From Candidatus Aegiribacteria sp. (lineage in GTDB: Bacteria > Fermentibacterota > Fermentibacteria > Fermentibacterales > JCC-6), in NCBI GenBank assembly GCA_046498225.1, contig JAWOBF010000081.1:1-11315 (forward strand): 11,315 nt of DNA, written 5' to 3'. Position numbers and translations under genes: made by a program. The notes beneath the pieces were generated by a model. That model searched no databases and had not been told where the DNA came from. It saw nothing but the letters and a program-made list of their open reading frames with translations. This document shows positions 1 through 6,377 of this stretch, piece by piece; the first letter of the stretch is position 1; each line of letters opens with the position of its first letter.

Positions 1-362
1 GAACCATCGCGTTTTCAGACTGGGTGGAAGGCCCGTCGGAAATGGACGGGAAAACCGCCCTCAGAATCTGCACCTTCATGAAATTCCCCCATGTCTACAG
101 CAGAGGGAAGTACGAAGAAGTACTTTCTGAGAACGGTTTCAGTGTTGCAAGCTCCGAGGATCTCACAGAGCAATTCGCGGATTACGTCGAACTCTACATC
201 AGGATGCTCACCGACCAGCTCTACTTCGATGCACTAAGGATAACCGGCTGGGACGAGGAGATGCTCCGGGCCATGGGTTGCGAGATGATGTTCATGGGAC
301 AGACTGCAAGGAACGGTGGTTTCGGCAGGGTCAGATTAGTGGGGATTAAGGAGCAGAAGTGA
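1..362 (+). CDS. Class I SAM-dependent methyltransferase, C-terminal part (5'-truncated by window edge)
   Basis: The frame is open from position 3 (TIAFSDWVEGPSEMDG...), so the gene starts upstream of the window. The '(G)TIAFSDW' strand, 'YEEVLSENGFSVASSEDLT' and terminal 'GRVRLVGIK' strand resemble the C-terminal half of sarcosine/dimethylglycine, phosphoethanolamine or tocopherol-type methyltransferases. The SAM-binding motif I is not visible. The TGA at 360-362 overlaps the next start (GTGA). Confidence 0.7.
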   Translation, partial: TIAFSDWVEGPSEMDGKTALRICTFMKFPHVYSRGKYEEVLSENGFSVASSEDLTEQFADYVELYIRMLTDQLYFDALRITGWDEEMLRAMGCEMMFMGQTARNGGFGRVRLVGIKEQK

Positions 363-1468
363 CCGAGCCCCGTTCCGGAATGCAGGATGTCTGCAGGGAC
401 GGCATCCTGAGAGAACTGGACCGTATCGGATCGTTCAGGGAAGACGGAGGTCTGACACTGGGTTACCTCTGTTCCGCCTTTCCTGAAGCCCTGGCCGCTG
501 GGCTGGGGTTCAGGCCTCTGAGAATCCTTCATGGATTCACCCGAGCCCTGGAGGATGCCGGAGGCAGGATGGTCAGGCCGGATATCTGTCCCATGATCGG
601 GGGACTGCTCGGAGGGATCGAATCAGGGGAGGAGCCGTTCAGCCTTGTGGATGTCTGGATGGGGCTCTGCACCTGCGATCAGACCAGAAGGTGCTTCTCT
701 CTCCTGCAGGAGTCAGTGCCGGTTTACACGGTACAGCTTCCCTCGACCAGGACAGAGAGCGCCCGGGACTACTACGCCGAGCAGCTTGAGGACTTCGTCG
801 GACACGCCGGGAGCAGGGCGGGCCTGGAATACTCCGAGGACAGGGCGCTGCAGCATCTCAAGTGGCGGAGGGCTGCCGGGCGTGTGCTGAGGCAGGCCGC
901 CCTGTCGGGAACCGTTGCGCCCCTGGACCTGCACTGGCTTTTCAACCTGTATCATGTCGCCGATCCCCGGGGACTGGAGGGAGAGCTTCGTTCACTTCTG
1001 CGGCTGGCCGGGGAGTACGAACCCCGCTTTACGATCGGACTCACCGGAAGCACGCTGGTTCTGGAAGATATTCACATCATGCGGATGCTTCAGGAAAGGA
1101 ACGTCGGAGTATTGCAGCTCGGCTGCACCGGACTCCAGTCGATACACTGTGAGGAAAGTGACGCCCTGCCATCATCCGGCATGCCGGGCGAGCTGGCCCG
1201 CGGTTCGTTCCAGGAACTGAAATGCCCCCGTTCCAGACCGAACGATGCCCTTTTCCAGTACCTGGAGAACATGACCGTATCGCAGGGCTGCAGAGGTCTC
1301 GTGGTGAAAACGCTGAAATTCTGCGACCTCTGGTACACCGAGCGGAAGAGGTTCCGTGGAAGGATTTCAGTACCTGTACTTGTCATAGATACCGGATACG
1401 GACAGGGAGAGGCTTTACGCCAGCGGAACAGGATCGAAGCTTTCCTGGATACTCTGGAGATCGTATGA
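359..1468 (+). CDS. 2-hydroxyacyl-CoA dehydratase (HGD-D)/benzoyl-CoA reductase-family Fe-S subunit, beta/DCCP-like Cys pattern, 369 aa
   Basis: Family motifs GYLCSAFPE, RPDICP, CTCDQTRR, QLP, IGLTGS, GCTG, CPR, KFCDLW, PVLVIDTGY and RIEAFLDTL. GTG start overlaps the upstream stop, with AAGGAG upstream. Confidence 0.85.
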   Translation: MTEPRSGMQDVCRDGILRELDRIGSFREDGGLTLGYLCSAFPEALAAGLGFRPLRILHGFTRALEDAGGRMVRPDICPMIGGLLGGIESGEEPFSLVDVWMGLCTCDQTRRCFSLLQESVPVYTVQLPSTRTESARDYYAEQLEDFVGHAGSRAGLEYSEDRALQHLKWRRAAGRVLRQAALSGTVAPLDLHWLFNLYHVADPRGLEGELRSLLRLAGEYEPRFTIGLTGSTLVLEDIHIMRMLQERNVGVLQLGCTGLQSIHCEESDALPSSGMPGELARGSFQELKCPRSRPNDALFQYLENMTVSQGCRGLVVKTLKFCDLWYTERKRFRGRISVPVLVIDTGYGQGEALRQRNRIEAFLDTLEIV

Positions 1469-4056
1469 GGGACGAACCGGCAAGGATATCGGTAACGGAC
1501 TGGCATACCAGAATGTCCGGGATACCTGACCGTTTCAGGGAGGAGTGCAGGTCCCTCAGAGACCTGATCCCGGGAGGGGTCGAGTACCTCTTCAGCCAGT
1601 ACGAGTACTCCTGCAGGGGAGACCTGCTTCTGCGGCGGCTGAAGTTCGACAGCTCCATGGAAGCCCTGAGGCTGTGGGCCTTCCTGTTCAGCGAGAAGGA
1701 CAGGCTCTTCCTGGCAAAGGAGAAGGGGTGGAGGATCGTAGCCGCGATGAAGGACCTGGGCCAGGTGCCGGTTCTCACGTACGGGTTTCCGGAGACACTG
1801 ACCTTCTACGCCGACGAGCTCTGGTGGGCCCCCTGCTTCTCCGAGGAGACCCACCTTCTGGACGAAGCGGCCAAACTCGGAGCCGGGGAGGAACTCTGCT
1901 TCGTAAGAGCCGCTCTTGGGGCCATGGTAACTCTGGACTACTTCCCCCCGCCGGATCTCTGCATAGCCGGGGTGGGAGCATGCTGTGACGACTTCTCAGC
2001 CATCATGCAGCTGATTGAAGGACTTGGTTACCCGGTCCACTGGTGGGAGATGGCCGCCCATGAGGACTGCGGCAAAGCTGTCTCCGCCGATGGCTGGAAT
2101 CCCTGGAACAGGGCAGAGAGAAAGGAACGGGCCATCCGTTTCGTCGGGAACCAGCTGGCCGGGGTAGTGGAAGCGATGGAGGAGCTTACCGGCAGCAGCC
2201 GTGATGAGGAGCTGCTGAAAGGAAGCCTGCGGAATTTCAACATGATCCGCGGTCAGGTGAGGGAGTTGAGAGAACTGGTCTACAGGGCGAAACGGCCTCC
2301 GCTGCCGGGGCTGGAGATGTTCCTGGCGGAGTTCGTCGCCATACACGCATGTTCGGAGCCGCAGGAGTCGGTCAGGGTGCTTGAGGGACTTCTCCATCTT
2401 GTCAGAGACAGGCTTTACCGGAACGAATCTCCCCTGGGCAGCGAAGAGCCACTGCGCGTCTTCTGGGTCACACCCCCGACCGATGCATCACTCATAACAC
2501 TGCTGGAGGATCTTGGCGGCTGCGTAGCCGGTACGGAGTACCTTATCTCCCACGCCTTCATGCCTCTGTCGGAATCGAAACATCCGGTGGATGCGGTGGC
2601 CGAAAACTGCCTTGATGACTGCATGACAGGTTCACAGCGTTTCAGGGCGGAGAGGATCGTCAGGGGTGCTGCTGAAACCGGGGCCGAGGGTATCATCATC
2701 TCCGGCATCTCCGGTGCCAGCCACTGTGCCTGGGACGAGAGAGCGGTGAAGAGCGCGGTCGAGGCTGAATTGAAGATACCGGTACTGTCCTTCGATGTCC
2801 CCTTCTCACCCGGACGACACAGTGAGCAGGTTGTCAGTCGCATGGAGGGTTTCATGGAACTTCTGAGGGACGGTAGAAAGGCATCGTTTCCAGCGGGAGC
2901 ATCATTCACCGGCAGGCAGGAGGTGCCGGACATGAAGGATCCGTTCCAGTGGTTCCGCAACTCCGTGTCAGAGGAAGTGGACCTGGTCAGAGAGAAGAAA
3001 CGCCGGGGAATGGGAGTGGCGGGAATCTACTGCGAATTCACTCCCAGGGAGGTAATCCTCGCCGCCGGTGCCCTTCCGGTATGCCTCTGCGGCGGCAGCA
3101 GGCGAACGATACCGGCGGCGGAGACCGTGCTGCCCTCCAACCTCTGCCCGTTGATCAAATCCTCCTTCGGATACATCCTCACAAGCAGGTGTCCCTTCTT
3201 CGTGGTATCGGACATCGTTATAGCGGAAACGACCTGCGACGGAAAGAAGAAAATGTACGAGCTGATCGCAGACAGAAAACCGCAGCACATACTCGAACTC
3301 ACGCAGAAGGTGGCTGAACCGGAAGCCTTTCGTCACTGGATGGCCGAAGTGGAAAAGCTCAGGGAGGCGCTGCGAACACAGTTCGACAGAGAAATAACCG
3401 ATGAGGACCTTGAGGATGCCATCTCCGTCATGAACAGGGAACGCCGGTTGCTCAGACGGGCTCTTGAGCTGGGAAGGCACAGACCCTCCATAGTCAGCGG
3501 ACTTGAACTGGCCCGCCTCAGATACAGGATATCGGGCCTTGCGGAGCATCACGCGATGCTCGAGAGGTTCATCGAAGAGGTGAAGACCAGGAATGAGCCT
3601 GTCTGTTCACCTGGTTCGCCCAGAGTTCTTCTGACGGGATGCCCCATGTCCAGCGGTACTTTCAAGGTAATCGAGATCATCGAGGAGTGCGGAGGAGTGG
3701 TGGTGGTGCAGGAGACCTGCTCCGGCTGGAAGCCCCTTGATACGCTCACCGAGGAGAAGACCGGCAGACCACTGGAGGCAATTGCCAGGAAGCACTTCGA
3801 AATCCCGTGTTCCTGCATGACGCCAAACACTGGAAGGATGGAACTGGTAGACAGACTGGCGAAGGATTTCAGCGCTGATGCGGTTGTTGACCTTGTATGG
3901 CATGCATGCCTGACGTACAGTGTGGAATCATGGCGGCTGGAGAAACACGTTAGGGAAGACCTGGGGATCTCCTATCTGAAGGTCGACACCGATTACTCCG
4001 AGTCGGACAGGGAGAGACTCTCTGTCAGGATACAGACGATGCTGGAGATGATATGA
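1465..4056 (+). CDS. Tandem HGD-D protein: N-terminal alpha-like dehydratase/reductase domain (~1465-2870) fused to a C-terminal double-cubane cluster protein (DCCP/YjiM-like) domain (2932-4056), 863 aa
   Basis: Start reassigned from 1222 to ATG 1465 (ATGA overlap with the upstream stop; GGAG at 1456-1459). N-domain motifs: EELCFVRA, GACCDD, PLRVFW, GAEGIII, SHCAWD, IPVLSFD, RMEGFMELL. C-domain motifs: GIYCEFTP, CLCG, LPSNLCPLIKSSFG, CPFF, ETTCDGKKKMYE, RVLLTGCP, ETCSG, CSCMTPN, ACLTY, TDYS. These closely follow the YjiM/DCCP pattern as recalled. Confidence 0.85.
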   Translation: MRDEPARISVTDWHTRMSGIPDRFREECRSLRDLIPGGVEYLFSQYEYSCRGDLLLRRLKFDSSMEALRLWAFLFSEKDRLFLAKEKGWRIVAAMKDLGQVPVLTYGFPETLTFYADELWWAPCFSEETHLLDEAAKLGAGEELCFVRAALGAMVTLDYFPPPDLCIAGVGACCDDFSAIMQLIEGLGYPVHWWEMAAHEDCGKAVSADGWNPWNRAERKERAIRFVGNQLAGVVEAMEELTGSSRDEELLKGSLRNFNMIRGQVRELRELVYRAKRPPLPGLEMFLAEFVAIHACSEPQESVRVLEGLLHLVRDRLYRNESPLGSEEPLRVFWVTPPTDASLITLLEDLGGCVAGTEYLISHAFMPLSESKHPVDAVAENCLDDCMTGSQRFRAERIVRGAAETGAEGIIISGISGASHCAWDERAVKSAVEAELKIPVLSFDVPFSPGRHSEQVVSRMEGFMELLRDGRKASFPAGASFTGRQEVPDMKDPFQWFRNSVSEEVDLVREKKRRGMGVAGIYCEFTPREVILAAGALPVCLCGGSRRTIPAAETVLPSNLCPLIKSSFGYILTSRCPFFVVSDIVIAETTCDGKKKMYELIADRKPQHILELTQKVAEPEAFRHWMAEVEKLREALRTQFDREITDEDLEDAISVMNRERRLLRRALELGRHRPSIVSGLELARLRYRISGLAEHHAMLERFIEEVKTRNEPVCSPGSPRVLLTGCPMSSGTFKVIEIIEECGGVVVVQETCSGWKPLDTLTEEKTGRPLEAIARKHFEIPCSCMTPNTGRMELVDRLAKDFSADAVVDLVWHACLTYSVESWRLEKHVREDLGISYLKVDTDYSESDRERLSVRIQTMLEMI
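2918..2934 (+). promoter_or_regulatory. Internal Shine-Dalgarno (AGGAGGT) and in-frame ATG at the start of the DCCP-like domain
   Basis: AGGAGGT at 2918-2924 and ATG at 2932-2934 in the frame of 1465..4056, located at the domain boundary. Initiation here would give a 374-aa stand-alone protein. Confidence 0.65.
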
Positions 4057-4850
4057 TTAATTGTGGAATCGATATCGGCGCCCGTTCAATAGAGGTGGTC
4101 CTCTACGACGGAGCCGAGGTTGTTGAAACTCTTGTTACGGATACAGGCAATTCACCCATCGAAAACGGCAGAAGGGCCTTCTGCAGCATTCTCGCCACAG
4201 CAGGTATCAGCAGAGAGGATTTAGCAGGTGTGACCTCCACCGGATATGGGAGGAACTACTTCAGCGACGCCGACAGCTCCTGCTCGGAGATAATCTGCCA
4301 CGCAAGGGGAGTATCGTACTTCTTTCCGGACGCGGGAACCGTGATAGACATAGGAGGTCAGGATTCGAAGCTGATTGAACTCAATGAAGATGGAAGACCT
4401 GTGGATTTCGTCATGAACGACAGGTGCGCCGCGGGTACCGGAAGGTTCATCGAGATGGCCGGTGGCATTCTCGGCATTCCGGTCTCGAAGATGAACGGCA
4501 GCGTCGATCCGGATGCAGGCAGTGTCGACATATCTTCAATGTGCGCCGTGTTCGCCGAGAGCGAGATAATAGGCCTGCTTCAGAGCGGCAGCAGTGCAGA
4601 TGTCATACTGAACGGGATATTCCAGTCCGTGGCGAGCAGGACCCTCTCAATGGCGGGCAGGGCAAGAGTTCGCGAAAGACTCGTCTTCACCGGCGGTGTG
4701 GCACAGCTGGAGGGAGTACGGAACGCACTTCGGGAGGAAACCGGAATTGAAATTGAATCCCCCCCCGACCCCCGCATCACAGGGGCCCTGGGTGCTGCTA
4801 TCATCGCCTCCGAATCCACAGGGGGAAAACGACAGTCCCTCCCGAGATGA
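4053..4850 (+). CDS. ATP-dependent [4Fe-4S] activator/archerase (HgdC/HadI/YjiL/DCCP-R family, ASKHA fold), 265 aa
   Basis: Motifs GIDIG, TGYGR, EIICHARG, DIGGQDSK, MNDRCAAGTG, ISSMCAVFAESE, TGGVA and GALGAA. Both cluster Cys are present. ATGA overlap with the upstream gene. Confidence 0.95.
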   Translation: MINCGIDIGARSIEVVLYDGAEVVETLVTDTGNSPIENGRRAFCSILATAGISREDLAGVTSTGYGRNYFSDADSSCSEIICHARGVSYFFPDAGTVIDIGGQDSKLIELNEDGRPVDFVMNDRCAAGTGRFIEMAGGILGIPVSKMNGSVDPDAGSVDISSMCAVFAESEIIGLLQSGSSADVILNGIFQSVASRTLSMAGRARVRERLVFTGGVAQLEGVRNALREETGIEIESPPDPRITGALGAAIIASESTGGKRQSLPR

Positions 4851-4881
4851 GAACCGTTACTGGCTGAACATCTCGGCAATC

Positions 4882-5343
4882 CTACCTGGGGGTGAGCAGG
4901 TCGGCGTTGACCTCGGTGGCCCTTTCGCAGTAGCGGCACCTGTAGGTGACAGTCTCCCGGTCCTCAAGGAGGAAGCGGGTGGCTGCCCCCAGCACGTTGG
5001 TGGCGCAGTTGGGATTGGGGCAGGACATGATCTCGCTGACCTCCTCCGGAAGCTTGATCTGTCTTTTCTCGAAGACCTTTCCGTCCTTGATGATGTTGAT
5101 GGTGGCGTCAGGCGCTATCAGGGCTATCCTGTTGGTATCGTCATGGGACAGTTCCCTGTTCTCCACCTTGACTATATCCTTGCCCCCCGGCTGCCTGTCG
5201 GACCTGAATCCTATGCCGATGGTCATTATTCCCTCGTTCTCCAGGCCCAGGATGCGAATGACCTTCAGCGCCAGAGGTGTTGGAATGTGATCTATCACGG
5301 TGCCGTTCTCTATGGAATAGACCTTGTATGTTCTGCCCATCAT
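4882..5343 (-). CDS. pyrI: Aspartate carbamoyltransferase regulatory subunit
   Basis: IENGTVIDHIP, KDIVKVE, IALIAPDATINII, and Zn sites CPNPNC and CRYC. GGAGGT RBS upstream and ATGA overlap with pyrB. The start could be the second ATG (5340). Confidence 0.96.
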   Translation of the reverse strand: MMGRTYKVYSIENGTVIDHIPTPLALKVIRILGLENEGIMTIGIGFRSDRQPGGKDIVKVENRELSHDDTNRIALIAPDATINIIKDGKVFEKRQIKLPEEVSEIMSCPNPNCATNVLGAATRFLLEDRETVTYRCRYCERATEVNADLLTPR

Positions 5344-6263
5344 TCGAGACCTCCGGTGACCAGGCCCAGCAGCGCCTGTCTGGTCGGTATCCCGTTGTGC
5401 GCCTGGATGAAGTAGATGGCGTTGGGGGTCATGTCCACCTCGTCCGCTATCTCGTCCACCCTGGGAAGGGGGTGCATTATTCTGAGCTTCTCCCCCAGCA
5501 GACTGATGGATTCCCGGGTTATCCTGTAGGTGCCGGCCACCTTTTTGTACTCCTGAGGGTCGCCGAAGCGCTCCTTCTGTATCCTGGTGACGTACAGTAT
5601 GTCCAGCCCGGCTTCCGCCGCGTCCTCCAGAGTCTCCACCGTCCGGTGGGTGACGTTCATCTCGTCCAGCTCCTTCAGGATGTTCCCCGGCATCTTGAGC
5701 ACGGGCGGGGAGATGAAGGTGAGGTCGTTGCCGTACATTCCCAGGGCATGGGCAAGCGAGTGGACCGTCCTTCCGTACTTCAGGTCTCCCATCATGCCTA
5801 CGCGCAGTCCGGTGAGCCGCCCCAGCTGCTCCTTTATGGTGAAGAGGTCGAGGAAGGTCTGGGTTGGATGCTGGTTTGCTCCGTCACCGGCGTTTATGAC
5901 GGGGGTGCCTGATAGTTCCGAGGCCATTCTGGCGGCGCCCTCCACCGGATGCCGTATGACGATAACGTCACAGTAGCCGGATACGGTCCTGATGGAATCG
6001 GAGAATGATTCTCCCTTGCTCTGGGACGAGGCCTTGGGGTCGGCGATGCCGAACACCGACCCGCCGCTCTTGAATACCGCGGATTCGAAGGAGAGCCTGG
6101 TCCTGGTGGAGGGCTCGAAGAAGAGAGCGGCCACGGTCTTGTCCTTCAGGAATCCCGAAAGACCTTCCTTCTTGACCTTTTCCGTGGTTTCCACCACCTT
6201 CGTCAGATCATCAAGGGACATGTCCCGGATGGATACAATGCTTCTATCCCTGAACGAGTTCAA
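5340..6263 (-). CDS. pyrB: Aspartate carbamoyltransferase catalytic subunit
   Basis: FFEPSTRT, KGES, IRHP, NAGDG..QHPTQ, GDLKYGRTVHSL, YVTRIQKER and HPLPRVDEI. TTG start preceded by AAGGTGA. Confidence 0.97.
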   Translation of the reverse strand: MNSFRDRSIVSIRDMSLDDLTKVVETTEKVKKEGLSGFLKDKTVAALFFEPSTRTRLSFESAVFKSGGSVFGIADPKASSQSKGESFSDSIRTVSGYCDVIVIRHPVEGAARMASELSGTPVINAGDGANQHPTQTFLDLFTIKEQLGRLTGLRVGMMGDLKYGRTVHSLAHALGMYGNDLTFISPPVLKMPGNILKELDEMNVTHRTVETLEDAAEAGLDILYVTRIQKERFGDPQEYKKVAGTYRITRESISLLGEKLRIMHPLPRVDEIADEVDMTPNAIYFIQAHNGIPTRQALLGLVTGGLE

Positions 6264-6287
6264 TTATCACCTTCTTTCCCGGTGGCA

Positions 6288-6363
6288 ACGGCTGGATGCC
6301 GTATGGTCCCGGACTGTTCGGACCATGATACCCGGCTATATATACATAATGTCATCCAGCCGT
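6288..6363. repeat. Nested inverted repeats in the divergent pyrB/pepT intergenic region
   Basis: Perfect 11-bp pair ACGGCTGGATG (6288-6298) / CATCCAGCCGT (6353-6363). Inner 7-bp pair ATGGTCC (6303-6309) / GGACCAT (6320-6326). Confidence 0.7.
6332..6351. promoter_or_regulatory. AT-rich probable promoter core between divergent pyrB and pepT
   Basis: TATATATACATAAT in a GC-rich background offers -10-like hexamers on both strands. No clear -35 at canonical spacing. Confidence 0.45.
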
Positions 6364-6377
6364 GAAAAGGAGAGAGA

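Noticed and set aside
1222..1464. 81-codon N-terminal extension of the 944-aa ORF
   Set aside because: It overlaps the conserved C-terminus of 359..1468 and has no family motifs. ATG 1465 has an RBS and an ATGA overlap.
221..3903. Many alternative-frame and minus-strand ORFs within the Fe-S operon (e.g. 1090..1854, 2415..2960, 2968..3552)
   Set aside because: They lie inside motif-supported genes and show low-complexity R/P/S/G-rich translations.
360..4056. TGA codons as possible selenocysteine readthrough
   Set aside because: Each TGA (360, 1466, 4054) falls at a natural C-terminus and overlaps the next start; none sits at a Cys-equivalent position.
4759..4766. C8 homopolymer in the activator gene (also C7 at 10491-10497 in pepD) as a phase-variation tract
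   Set aside because: Both frames are intact and the runs encode Pro-Pro; short C runs are unremarkable at this GC content.
359..4850. Calling the cluster benzoyl-CoA reductase (bcr) or plasmalogen synthase
   Set aside because: There is only one single-domain activator rather than the BcrA/BcrD pair or the tandem activase domains of PlsA, and no aromatic-degradation genes are in view.
4696..5976. Plus-strand ORFs 4696..5415, 4946..5290, 5277..5912 and 5587..5976
   Set aside because: Antisense shadows of the clearly identified pyrI and pyrB.
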